DNA of 64,000 nucleotides, from positions 1-64,000 of the IMG/VR virus record IMGVR_UViG_3300025115_000003; one strand, written 5' to 3'. Below are positions 39,192 through 49,400 of this stretch, piece after piece; position 1 is the stretch's first letter; each line of letters begins with the position of its first letter. The position numbers and the translations under genes were made by a program. The notes under the pieces were generated by a model. It saw nothing but the letters and a program-made list of their open reading frames with translations. It did no database searches and was not told the DNA's origin. Source of the DNA: a virus.

Positions 39192-39730
39192 GAAGAATAT
39201 TTGTAATAAATGCTGCAAATGAAAAAGTAGCTAAGGAATTAACTGATTATGTATTATTAAATAAACAAGATGATATATTAGTTCCTAATGTTGTATTCAT
39301 GAGTATCTATTATGATATGCATTCTTATCTTACTAATCTATTAATAACTAAGTTTGAGGATCAAGTTCCTATTACTCAATCTTTACTTAAAATCCTATTT
39401 AAAAATTATAAACAAAATTTTATAGATTATGTATTAGAAAAAATAGATAGTAGGGATACACCTCGTACAACTTTGTTTATATTTTGTCAAAATAGAATAT
39501 TATTTCATTATATCAGAAAAGTTTATGGATATAAAATCGTTAAGTCTGTAGAAATAGTAACTGATGTAAAAAAGATAGAATATGAATTACCTGCAAATAG
39601 ATTTAGTAAGCATGATATTAAATTATCTTTTCCTGAATGGAATAACAAAACATTTAGAAGAAGAATTATATCACAATTTGTAAATAATCATATACCAGTA
39701 AAAATATTAAAACTTGAATCACATGAGTAA
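39188..39730 (+). CDS. Hypothetical protein (possibly degenerate kinase fold)
   Basis: 180-aa ORF overlapping neighbours. Confidence 0.6.
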   Translation: MRRIFVINAANEKVAKELTDYVLLNKQDDILVPNVVFMSIYYDMHSYLTNLLITKFEDQVPITQSLLKILFKNYKQNFIDYVLEKIDSRDTPRTTLFIFCQNRILFHYIRKVYGYKIVKSVEIVTDVKKIEYELPANRFSKHDIKLSFPEWNNKTFRRRIISQFVNNHIPVKILKLESHE

Positions 39731-40304
39731 TATATTTAATTTAGAACAAGAATATCTTCAACTTATATCAGAAATTGAAGAATTAGATGGAGAAATTACT
39801 CCTGAAATAGAAGAAAGATTGGCTATTAATTCTCAAAATGTTCACAACAAACTAAGAAGTTATAGATACATAACCTTAATGATTGATGGAGATATTAGGG
39901 TAATAGATGATGAAATAGAAAGATTGAAAAACTTAAAGGAATCTAAGTCTAAAGCTATTGAAAGAGTAAGAAAAGTAATGCTGGATGCAGTATTACTTTT
40001 TGGAACAGATGGTAAGTCTGGCAATAAGAAAATGGATTTTGCTGAATTTAAGATGTGGACTACTAATAGAAAATCTGTATTTATATCTAATGAAGATACA
40101 TTTAATAATACAGATTATTTAAATTACAAACTTGGAAATAATCTAAATAAAGAAACTTTTGATAAAATCTCTAAATTAATTGAAGGAGAGGAAGTAAAAG
40201 TTTCTACTGCTATTAATAAAACTGCTATAAAAGAAGCTTTAGAAGCAGGAGGAGAAGTAAATGGAGCAATATTAATTAATAAACCTTCTTTAACTATTAA
40301 ATAA
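39714..40304 (+). CDS. Siphovirus Gp157-family protein
   Basis: IFNLEQEYLQL..DGEITPE..IDDEIERLK...NKTAIKEALEAGGEVNGA.L..KPSLTIK. Confidence 0.8.
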   Translation: MNHMSNIFNLEQEYLQLISEIEELDGEITPEIEERLAINSQNVHNKLRSYRYITLMIDGDIRVIDDEIERLKNLKESKSKAIERVRKVMLDAVLLFGTDGKSGNKKMDFAEFKMWTTNRKSVFISNEDTFNNTDYLNYKLGNNLNKETFDKISKLIEGEEVKVSTAINKTAIKEALEAGGEVNGAILINKPSLTIK

Positions 40305-40555
40305 TGGCATACGAAACTATATTTGAAAATGGTACTAATATAACTTCTTATATGGCTACTGGAATTGCAGAAGGATTTGAAGATTCAGATAATGAAAAGG
40401 ATATAGTTAGAGCATGGAGTTATTTAATTGGTACAAGATTAGCATATAGTTTACAAGGAAGTTTTGGAAGACAAGCCTCTATCTTTATAGATAGAGGTTT
40501 AATTTCCGAAGATGGAACTGTAAATTGGGAAAGAGTTGAACAATTAATAGAATAA
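40304..40555 (+). CDS. Small conserved phage protein
   Basis: AWSYLI...SLQGSFGRQA..FIDRGLI motif. Confidence 0.7.
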   Translation: MAYETIFENGTNITSYMATGIAEGFEDSDNEKDIVRAWSYLIGTRLAYSLQGSFGRQASIFIDRGLISEDGTVNWERVEQLIE

Positions 40556-40557
40556 AA

Positions 40558-41397
40558 GTGGAAATTATGATTATAGGAATAAGCGGTAAGATGCAATCTG
40601 GTAAAAACACAGTTGCATCCCTAATACAATATTTGAGTACCAGACCTGATATGACTTATAGTTCTTTTTTATTATTATCTAAACAAGAACAAAGATATAA
40701 TTGGAAACAAGTAGCTTTTGCAACTAAAATTAAACAAATTGTATCTATACTTACAGGAATATCTGTTGAAGATTTAGAAAGACAAGAAATTAAGGATAGT
40801 AAACTTTCTGATGAATGGATTAGATATGGTTATGCTAATGGGTTCTATAAATATTATAAAGATGGAAAAGAAGAAACTGTAATGAATAATACTCAATGTG
40901 ATAAAAAACGGTATGAGTTAGAGTTTCGTACTAATTATCAAACTGCATATAAAGTTCATCCTACATATCGTGAAATGCTACAATATATAGGTACAAATTT
41001 ATTACGTGATAAATTTCATAATGATACTTGGGTTAATGCTTTATTTGCTGATTATAAAAAAGAGGGTGGTTTTGAAGGTGGTGAAAGAACAGCTTCGGAT
41101 GGTGGCTATTATTCTACTCCAAGTTACAAAGGAGAATTTCCTAATTGGATTATCACAGATGTTAGATTTCCTAATGAATTAGAAGCTGTTAAACAAAGAG
41201 AAGGTATTACCATTAGAGTTAATAGATATGTAGGAGAAGTTGTTATGTACACCCCAAGATATTCTCCACCAAAAGAACACTCTTCTGAAACAGCTTTAGA
41301 TGATGCTACATTTGATTATACTATTGACAATAATGGTACAATTGAAGAATTAATTAAAAAAGTAAAAGAAGTATTAATAAAGGAGAAAATAATATGA
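40558..41397 (+). CDS. Deoxynucleoside monophosphate kinase
   Basis: IIGISGKMQSGKNT, AFA..IK, REMLQYIGT, ITDVRFPNE, HSSETALD, IDNNGT. Confidence 0.88.
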   Translation: MEIMIIGISGKMQSGKNTVASLIQYLSTRPDMTYSSFLLLSKQEQRYNWKQVAFATKIKQIVSILTGISVEDLERQEIKDSKLSDEWIRYGYANGFYKYYKDGKEETVMNNTQCDKKRYELEFRTNYQTAYKVHPTYREMLQYIGTNLLRDKFHNDTWVNALFADYKKEGGFEGGERTASDGGYYSTPSYKGEFPNWIITDVRFPNELEAVKQREGITIRVNRYVGEVVMYTPRYSPPKEHSSETALDDATFDYTIDNNGTIEELIKKVKEVLIKEKII

Positions 41398-41618
41398 CTG
41401 AGAAACAATTATTAAAAAAGTTAGTTAAATTATTTCCAGATAGGCATATAGTTATTAGAAGAGAATATGCATATTATCAAACAATAGGGTTTAAAACTAC
41501 ATATCCTTTGTATATAGCAAATGGGGATAATACCGATTTAGGTACGTGTTGGACTCCAGATTTCGACACTTTCCAAGAATTATTAGATTTTGTTAAATCT
41601 AAATTACCTTATTTATGA
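41394..41618 (+). CDS. Hypothetical protein
   Basis: ATGA overlaps on both sides. Confidence 0.65.
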   Translation: MTEKQLLKKLVKLFPDRHIVIRREYAYYQTIGFKTTYPLYIANGDNTDLGTCWTPDFDTFQELLDFVKSKLPYL

Positions 41619-41887
41619 GTAAAAAAATAACTTATCATAAATCACATAGTTTCAAAGATACAGAAGGAGTTAGTCATTCTTTTTTAACAGAACTCTATAA
41701 AATAGGAGTATATGGAATATTAGATGGTGATCCATCAATGCAGGGAGGATATAGTCCAACTCAAATAGTTAAAATAGAAAAAGGACTATCTAAATTGGCA
41801 AAAAAAGGAAAAATAACAGACTTACAGTTTGGAAACCCTATAACAGTTCAAAAGATAGATGGGTTATGGAAAGAGATAAAGGTATAA
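41615..41887 (+). CDS. Hypothetical protein
   Basis: 90-aa ORF. Confidence 0.65.
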   Translation: MSKKITYHKSHSFKDTEGVSHSFLTELYKIGVYGILDGDPSMQGGYSPTQIVKIEKGLSKLAKKGKITDLQFGNPITVQKIDGLWKEIKV

Positions 41888-41941
41888 AACATAGCACTTT
41901 TTCATTTTCCTATAACACGATTAAAAATAATAATAAATAAT

Positions 41942-42259
41942 ATGAAACCTAAAATTGAATTAGAACCAAATGAAGTTTTTGATTTTTTAGAAAAAGAATT
42001 AAAAATAAGAATAATAAGTAGAAAAACTACAGGGGGATATTTTAGAGGAGCATTAAGTAGAAAGAGTGCTATTAAAAAATTAGAAAGATATTTACAAGAA
42101 GATAAGATTTTAGCTAAATATTCTAATAAGGATGTTAATTTTATGATAATTGATACTAAACTTGAAAAACCTCATAGGTGGATAGATTTTTGGGTAAAAG
42201 AAAGTTTATTTACAATAACTTACACACAAACCAATGAAAATCGTCTCCCCAAGCAATGA
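41942..42259 (+). CDS. Hypothetical basic protein
   Basis: 105-aa ORF with A-rich leader. Confidence 0.65.
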   Translation: MKPKIELEPNEVFDFLEKELKIRIISRKTTGGYFRGALSRKSAIKKLERYLQEDKILAKYSNKDVNFMIIDTKLEKPHRWIDFWVKESLFTITYTQTNENRLPKQ

Positions 42260-42455
42260 ATTATTAGCTTCTATTTCTGAAAATAATAGAATATCTTTTC
42301 ATACAGATTTTGATATAAATTTAAAATTATTTATTAAAGAATGTATGAAAGTTAAAAATGAATCAGAAACAGAAGCTGTTTTTATTTATAAATTTAATAA
42401 TATATCTAATGGAAGAAGTAAAAGACAAACATCAAAAAACAGGAGCAATTCTTAG
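42234..42455 (+). CDS. Hypothetical protein
   Basis: 73-aa ORF overlapping neighbours. Confidence 0.5.
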   Translation: MKIVSPSNELLASISENNRISFHTDFDINLKLFIKECMKVKNESETEAVFIYKFNNISNGRSKRQTSKNRSNS

Positions 42456-42678
42456 AGAAGATACTTATGATTTAAAATCTGAATCGAGAAGAGCATTAGC
42501 TAAAATTAAAACAGCTATGTCTAAACGAAAAGATATTAAAATATATAAAGTAGGTGAAATAAGAATTGAAACTACTTTTAGTATAGATGAATCCCCAGTA
42601 TTAAAATTTTTAAAAGATACTTATGGACAAGAGCCAATCGAAATCACTGAAAGCAGAGTTGAAGAGGCTGAGGAATGA
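42409..42678 (+). CDS. Hypothetical protein
   Basis: Likely start MEEVKD at 42409. Confidence 0.55.
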   Translation: MEEVKDKHQKTGAILREDTYDLKSESRRALAKIKTAMSKRKDIKIYKVGEIRIETTFSIDESPVLKFLKDTYGQEPIEITESRVEEAEE

Positions 42679-42985
42679 ATTAGAATTAGCCAAAGAACTT
42701 CAAAAGAAATATAATAAACTAATTAACGAAACAAAAGATAAAATAAAAGAAATAGAAATATTATTGAATCCACCTGAAATAGAATTTACAGATCATGGTT
42801 TAGTCAGGTATGTGAGTAGAATCTGTAAAATTAATCTTAAAATTTATGAAATAAAATTCATAGAAAAATATAAGGATACTATATATAGTCAAGGAGGAAC
42901 TTGTACTATACTACATGATAACCTTAAAGTAGTAATAAGAGATTTTAAAATAATAACCGTAATTGATGTAAAAAATGAGTCATAA
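42623..42985 (+). CDS. Coiled coil plus small RNase-like (RelE/DUF4258-like) domain
   Basis: FTDHGLVRYVSR...VVIRDFKIITVI after a heptad-rich N-terminus. Confidence 0.5.
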   Translation: MDKSQSKSLKAELKRLRNELELAKELQKKYNKLINETKDKIKEIEILLNPPEIEFTDHGLVRYVSRICKINLKIYEIKFIEKYKDTIYSQGGTCTILHDNLKVVIRDFKIITVIDVKNES

Positions 42986-44006
42986 TCTTAATTATAATTC
43001 AAAAGCTGGTCGTCATGCTTTTGCATCAGCAAAAGAAATAGCATGGCATAAACTGGGTAAAGTAGTATCTGATAGAATGACTTCTACTGAATGTATAGAA
43101 GAAGCATTATTAGATTACGAAGTTGGAAAAGGTAAACTTTATGTTAAATATGAAGAACCTATTCAAAAGAATGATAAAACCATAGTAGGAGGACAATTAG
43201 AAGATAAATTTGCTACATATAGAAAAGATACTGGAGATACATTTAGTATTGTAGGTAGTCAATATGAAGTAATACAAAACATTGAAGCATTTGATTTCTT
43301 TGATGAAATAGTTGGAGAAAGAAGAGCAATTTATGAAACTGCTGGAGCATTAGGTAAAGGAGAAACAGTATTTATTACTGCTAAGTTACCTGATCATATA
43401 CTTATTGCAGGTAAAGATACCATAGATAAATATTTATTGTTTACAATGAGTCATGATGGAACAGGTAGTATTATAGCTAAATTTACTCCAATTAGAGTAG
43501 TATGTAATAATACTCTAAGTACGGCTATAGAAGGAGGAAATAATATATTTAGAGTTAAACATACAAAAAATGCAAGAAATAAATTAGAAGAAGCTCAAAA
43601 GCTATTAGCGATTACTTATAAATCATCTAAAGAAACTCAAGAGTTATATGAATATTTAACTAAAATTAAAATTACAGATGAAGTAAAAGCAGAAATATTT
43701 TTAAATATATTTCTTACTAAAGAAGAATTGACTAATTTAGGAAAAAGTAATTGGGTTACAAGTCCTGACTTATCAACAAGAAAGAAAAACCAACTACAAT
43801 CTTTATTTAAATATTCTGAAATAGGAGTAGGACAAGATATGGATATTTGTAAAGGTACAGCTTATGGAGTATTTAATTCTATAACTGGATATATTCAAAA
43901 TGTTAAATCTTTTACTTCAGAAGAAAAGAAGTTTAGTAGTATCTTTTTAGGAACAGATGGTACTTTATTAGATAAAAGTTTAAACTTAATTTTAAATTAT
44001 CAGTAA
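42975..44006 (+). CDS. DUF932 family protein
   Basis: AWHKLG, YEVIQNIEAF.FFD, YETAGAL, SHDGTGS, TPIRVVCNNTL. Confidence 0.88.
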   Translation: MSHNLNYNSKAGRHAFASAKEIAWHKLGKVVSDRMTSTECIEEALLDYEVGKGKLYVKYEEPIQKNDKTIVGGQLEDKFATYRKDTGDTFSIVGSQYEVIQNIEAFDFFDEIVGERRAIYETAGALGKGETVFITAKLPDHILIAGKDTIDKYLLFTMSHDGTGSIIAKFTPIRVVCNNTLSTAIEGGNNIFRVKHTKNARNKLEEAQKLLAITYKSSKETQELYEYLTKIKITDEVKAEIFLNIFLTKEELTNLGKSNWVTSPDLSTRKKNQLQSLFKYSEIGVGQDMDICKGTAYGVFNSITGYIQNVKSFTSEEKKFSSIFLGTDGTLLDKSLNLILNYQ

Positions 44007-44009
44007 TTT

Positions 44010-44453
44010 ATGGAAAAAGTATTAGTAGAAATTATTAATCAAAGTGCAAATGCAAATCCAAGTTATGAATCTGAATTTGCATCTGGAATGGATGTTAGAG
44101 CAAAGTTAGTAGAACCTATTCGATTACAACCAAGTGAAAGGATTATGCTTAAAACTGGAATATATGTAGCTATTCCCGAAGGTTATGAAATTCAAGTTAG
44201 ACCAAGAAGTGGTTTAGCTCATAAACATGGTATTATGGTAGTTAACAGTCCGGGTACTATAGATGCAGATTATAGAGGAGAATGTAATGTTCTGTTAATT
44301 AATACATCTAATATTCCATTTGTTATTAATCCTGGTGATAGGATAGCACAATTTGTATTATGTCCTGTAGCTAAAGTTCAATGGGTAAATGTAGAAACTC
44401 TATCAGAAACTAAAAGGGGAGATGGAGGATTTGGAAGTAGTGGAACTAAATAA
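44010..44453 (+). CDS. dut: Trimeric dUTPase
   Basis: SGMDV, RPRSG, GTIDADYRGE, GDRIAQ, RGDGGFGSSG. Confidence 0.95.
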   Translation: MEKVLVEIINQSANANPSYESEFASGMDVRAKLVEPIRLQPSERIMLKTGIYVAIPEGYEIQVRPRSGLAHKHGIMVVNSPGTIDADYRGECNVLLINTSNIPFVINPGDRIAQFVLCPVAKVQWVNVETLSETKRGDGGFGSSGTK

Positions 44454-44460
44454 AAATAAC

Positions 44461-44484
44461 AGGGTGAGTAGCAATACTCACCCT
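44461..44484 (+). terminator. Hairpin / terminator
   Basis: AGGGTGAGTA-GCAA-TACTCACCCT. Confidence 0.7.
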
Positions 44485-44500
44485 ATTTAAAACTTTTAAT

Positions 44501-44683
44501 ATGGCAAAATTAATTGATAGTTTAAATAATATTATAGCTTCTGGAACTGAAGAATATGTATCTGAACTACATAGAGTTCTATTAGCTGATCCTGAAGATA
44601 TATCTGAAGAAGATGAAGTAAGATTTGAAACAGAACTTAGGACTTTAAGTTGGGCTGGAAATTTAATTGTAATAGCAGATTAA
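44501..44683 (+). CDS. Small acidic hypothetical protein
   Basis: 60-aa ORF on coding strand. Confidence 0.6.
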   Translation: MAKLIDSLNNIIASGTEEYVSELHRVLLADPEDISEEDEVRFETELRTLSWAGNLIVIAD

Positions 44684-44686
44684 GTT

Positions 44687-45793
44687 ATGAAAACAGTATG
44701 TATATATCATTCGATAGACCTTGATGGTTGGATGTCAGCAGCAATAGTTAAACATTGGTGGAAAACCAATAATAATGATAAAATAGAACCTTTAAAATTT
44801 AAAGATGAAGAAAAAGATACTTTAATATCTGTTAATAATACTCTTGATTTCATTGGTTATAATTATGGACAACCTATTCCTGATTTATCAGAATATGATA
44901 AAGTTATAATGTGTGATATTTCTTTTCCTAAAGAAGAAATGCTTAATTTATTTAATAGATTAGATGATAACTTTATTTGGAATGATCATCATATTTCTGC
45001 TATAAAAGATTGTAAAGGTTATGTTTGTCCTTTGGGAAGACAACTTACTAATTATGCAGCTTGTGAACTTACTTGGCAATATTTCTTTCCTAATGAGCCA
45101 ATGCCTGAAATAGTAAGATTACTTGGTAGATATGATTGTTTTGGTCATAAGACAAAAAGATTTGATTTTGATATTAATGGTTATAATAAAGCCAAAGAGT
45201 ACCTTATAGAAATTAATAAGTTGCAAGAATTTGAGAATAATAATACTTCTACCGATGGATTTAGTTTAGTTCATTATGCTAATGATGTTGCTTTAAAATT
45301 AAGTGAAGAACAAAAAGTATTAGAGTTTCAATATGGTGCAAGACAACTTATTGATAACTATGAAAAAGCCTATAAATGGTTAGTCGAATCACTAAAACCT
45401 ACATCAGGTATTGTAGAAGATATTCAATACAACGGAGCTTCTATTTATCAATATCTTTATACAGACGCTAAACAAACTTATAAGAATGGATTTGAAATTA
45501 ACTTTACATACGTACCTGTTATAAATGCGGGAGCAGTTGTTAAAAATTTTATTTGCATTAATAGAGAACGTTTTAACCCTATTAACTTTGGTATTAATTA
45601 TCATGCTGATGGTTATGATGGTTGTGCTTGTTTTCATTATGATGGGGTAGCTAAACTTTGGAGATTTAGTTTGTATAACGATAATGGTACTGTTGATTGT
45701 AGTATTATAGCTAAACAATTTGGTGGAGGTGGTCACAAAGGTGCGACAGGATTTACAGTAAATATGTATAATTTTTTAGAAATAATAAAATGA
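44687..45793 (+). CDS. DHH/DHHA1 phosphoesterase
   Basis: YH..DLDG, MCDISF, NDHH, FGGGGHKGATGF. Confidence 0.88.
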   Translation: MKTVCIYHSIDLDGWMSAAIVKHWWKTNNNDKIEPLKFKDEEKDTLISVNNTLDFIGYNYGQPIPDLSEYDKVIMCDISFPKEEMLNLFNRLDDNFIWNDHHISAIKDCKGYVCPLGRQLTNYAACELTWQYFFPNEPMPEIVRLLGRYDCFGHKTKRFDFDINGYNKAKEYLIEINKLQEFENNNTSTDGFSLVHYANDVALKLSEEQKVLEFQYGARQLIDNYEKAYKWLVESLKPTSGIVEDIQYNGASIYQYLYTDAKQTYKNGFEINFTYVPVINAGAVVKNFICINRERFNPINFGINYHADGYDGCACFHYDGVAKLWRFSLYNDNGTVDCSIIAKQFGGGGHKGATGFTVNMYNFLEIIK

Positions 45794-46083
45794 ATGAAGT
45801 AAAAGAATTAGGTAGTAAATATTCAGCTTGGGGAATATGTGTTGGTAATTTATGGGGAGGAGGACAAGGTTCTTTTCTGACAAGACATTACCACAATGAT
45901 GATTTAGAAACAATGAAAAAAGAAATACAAAAAGATTTAAGGTCTGGAACAATAGATTCTGGAATGGGATTTGAGAGTATGATTAGAGCAACAATGGTAA
46001 TACAAAAAGTAACTTCTATAAAATATAAAGAGGAAATATTTAAAAGTTTTGTTGAAGTAGAAGAACTATTTGAAAATAATTAA
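45790..46083 (+). CDS. Hypothetical protein
   Basis: ATGA overlap; last plus-strand gene. Confidence 0.65.
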   Translation: MNEVKELGSKYSAWGICVGNLWGGGQGSFLTRHYHNDDLETMKKEIQKDLRSGTIDSGMGFESMIRATMVIQKVTSIKYKEEIFKSFVEVEELFENN

Positions 46084-46086
46084 AAT

Positions 46087-46126
46087 AAAGGGAATTAGAC
46101 TGATAAAACAGTTTAGTTCCCTTTTT
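46087..46126 (+). terminator. Terminator of the plus-strand module
   Basis: AAAGGGAATTAGACTG-ATAAAA-CAGTTTAGTTCCCTTT plus TT. Confidence 0.75.
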
Positions 46127-46139
46127 AATTTACGGTAAC

Positions 46140-46248
46140 AAACCCATAGGATAAGGATGCATGATCGGGAATGGAGTTATTGTAACAGATTGTAATTAGA
46201 TACCAGATGAGGATTCCCATTTGATATATCTTCTTATCCTATGGGTTT
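46140..46248. repeat. AAACCCATAGGATAAG element, copies 3 and 4 as a head-to-head inverted pair
   Basis: Perfect 16-bp inverted repeat 46140-46155 / 46233-46248, with inner GGGAAT/ATTCCC. Confidence 0.9.
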
Positions 46249-46380
46249 AGCTTCATTCTAACAATAGCAAATTATCAAATATATCCCAATATTAAATATT
46301 TTTAATATGCTCCCAGATTCAAGCTAATAAGCCATACAGCTAAAATTTAAGCCTTTTATAATATACCGACAAGTGTAAAT

Positions 46381-46416
46381 AAAAAAAGAGTAGGATTAAA
46401 TCTTCCTACTCTTTTT
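46381..46416 (-). terminator. Terminator of the giant-gene operon (bidirectional type)
   Basis: AAAAAAAGAGTAGGA...TCCTACTCTTTTT. Confidence 0.75.
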
Positions 46417-46437
46417 ATTTAATTTAAGTATTAATAT

Positions 46438-49400
46438 CTATTCATCATCTTCATCCAGGACATTTTCAATTACATTTGTAATTATAGTATTTTGTCTAAC
46501 AGAGGTTGTTCCTAAGTAATTTAATTTAGGTAATTGATTAGTAAAAGGAAATACTTTAGCCCATTTTACATAAGGGGGTTGTCCTCTATATTCATCATCT
46601 GTTATGTATCTTATAGTTCCATGCATAGCAAATAATAAGTCAGATATAGATTTAGTTATAGGTACAGGGTCTTTTAATACATTGTAGGCAGTCATAGGAC
46701 TCATATAAAAATATATATCTTGTTCAGCCCTATATATTTGATTAGCTAATAACATAGCTGTATAATCATATAAGTTCTTTTTATCATCGTCTTCTTCAAT
46801 TGAAGATTTAAGTAATGTTGTTAATAATAATAGATTAGCAGCCATTGTTATTTCAGCTAAATTTTTACGCATATTTTCTTTATCTACATCAGATAATCCA
46901 TCAAACGCATTCTTTTTGTAACTTAATTGTTTAAGTAGTGTAACAATTGATTTACTAAAACCTAAGTCTGAATAAGTAACCCATCTACCTTTAATTCTTC
47001 TGTCTAATTGAGGATCGTATCTTTCTGCATAAAATCTACTTACTACACCCATAGGAATCCAACTTCTAAATTGGAATAACATTCTGCCTATTAGTACTTT
47101 CTTTGCTTGTAAAGGACTGGATGGATCATAATTACCATGTAAATATTTATTCATTTGAATAATCTTAGCCCTTAATTTAGTAAACTCATTCTTTTCATCT
47201 GCCTTTATGTTTTCATCATTCCATTTTATTGCATCTTCTTCTGTAAATTTAGATTTATCTATTTTTCCTTGATCGTTAAATAAATCCCATACACTCATTT
47301 CACCTTGTTTAGTATATACTTTTTGTTTTAATGCTGTAGCAATAGCACTTACTCCTTGTACAAAATATTCAGTTTTATTTTGAATTATATATGGGTCAAG
47401 ATTACGTAAAGGTCTTGTTCGAGATTCAGAACTTTCTGCATCATATCTAATATCTACTGTTTCAAATAGTACATCTAAATTAGATAAATAATTAAATACT
47501 TTGTTATTAGTAGGATTTTGACCTAAACTTTTAAGCATTATTCCAAGTGCTTGAAGTAGTTGTTTATTTCCATATTCTTTATCTCCGTTAGCATGAACAA
47601 TGTTAGATACCATACCAAAGGATATGTTAGCAATACCAGCAGCTAAGTTAAGACCCATACCTTTTAATTGGGTAAGTTTCATTAACATTTCACCTAAATT
47701 TTGATATACTAAACTTTTACCTCCTAATTCTTTATATCGTTCGGATAAGTATTTCATTTTCTGTTCATATACAGCCTTTGATCGAGTTTTAATATGAGAT
47801 TCAGCCATAGAAATGTTAAGTTCAGAGTTATCATCTGTATATTCCATAGCTACTTCTCCTTCATAATCATATACAGTTACACTACCATCTTCATTAGCTT
47901 CATATCTAAACAACTCATTATCTTCAAGTCGTCTCTCTAATTCATCTCGCATCATTTCAATTTCTCTGGCTAATTGATATTTTTTAAGTCTATCTTTATG
48001 AGTAGAACCCATGAACTTTTCTATTTCTGCAACTACTTCATCGTAATTTTCATAGTTTTTTAAACTACTATCAAAACCAAATATTTTTTTATCGCTTGGT
48101 TTACCTTTATTAACTCTTTCTCCGTACATTATAGCGTCTATTGTAAATCGAGCCCACTGTTTAGTTTTAAGTCCTTCTTTCTCTAATCTAATTTCTTTAC
48201 CGTCTATGTTTAATTGAGGTTTACCTGACTTTCTATTTTCTTCTATTTCGGCAGCTTTTTCTAATACAGAATATAATACCTCAACTTTATCTCTTACTTG
48301 GTTCTTATAGTCATAATTAATAGCTACATCCATGAACAAAATAAGCATCTTCTCTAAGTCCATAGTACGATCTTCTATTGGTACAGGACTAATATATTTA
48401 AGTGGAATATTCTTTTCTAATTCTCCTGTTAATTTACGAGAAGAATATTTTCTTTCTTGAGTTGCATTTAATTCAGCTATTTCTTTTGTAGTAAAACTAT
48501 CTAACATTTTATTGCCAATTAACTCTACTTTTTGTCCAATTGTAGCACCTGTTAACTCTTCAATTAAAGATTTATGTACATTTGCCAAAAAGTTATAAGG
48601 TAGGTCTGCTCTTACTTGATCGGGAAGCATCTTCATACCTGATGCCATCATAGATTTATATAAGGTAAAAAATGTATGTAAAGTTTTATCTTTAATTACT
48701 GTTTCAAACTTAGAGTCAAAATATCCAGTATCTTTATTAGTCCCTTGTTCTATTTTACGAGGAAATCTTTTAATCCATCTATTATTAGGATAATTACCTA
48801 TTTCTCTAAAGTTTGAATCTTTAAATGCTACATTGATAGCTACAATTGGATCATTTTCACCATACCAATCGGCTTTAGCAGAATCTTTATTTGTAATAGT
48901 AGTATCTAAATCTATTTGTTCATATACATTAGCTTTTTCTTCCACATATCTTTGGTATCTTTCTTTAGCTTCTTCGATAAATTCATCTGCTAATTCCTCA
49001 CCCCATTCTTTAGCTAAGTATGCTCTGTATTCTCTTTCATTCCTATATTTATATTTATCAGGATTATCTGGTTTTTTAATATTAGATACATTTAAAAATC
49101 TTAAATCAATTACAATTGTTTTTGCATGATGGGCATCTACAATTTTAGCAATTTTATCTTTTTTCTGTTCAGCACTTAATCCTATATCGTTTCTTATTTT
49201 ATTTAGTTGCATTTTATATTGATTCTCTTCTGTTACCCATTTATCAGAAAACCTATCAATAAATCCTCCTGTATATTTAACTTTCATTTGGGCTTTAAGT
49301 ATATCTATTTGGGTAAGAGTAGTTTCTTTATTTTCTCCATATGGATATTTATCCCTTTTAATCTGTGATTCTAACTTTTCAATTCTTTCTTTTAATGAAA

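Noticed and set aside
26316-46083. Modified-base (e.g. uracil-DNA) genome system
   Set aside because: UDG plus dUTPase argue for ordinary thymine DNA; no base-modification enzymes recognised.
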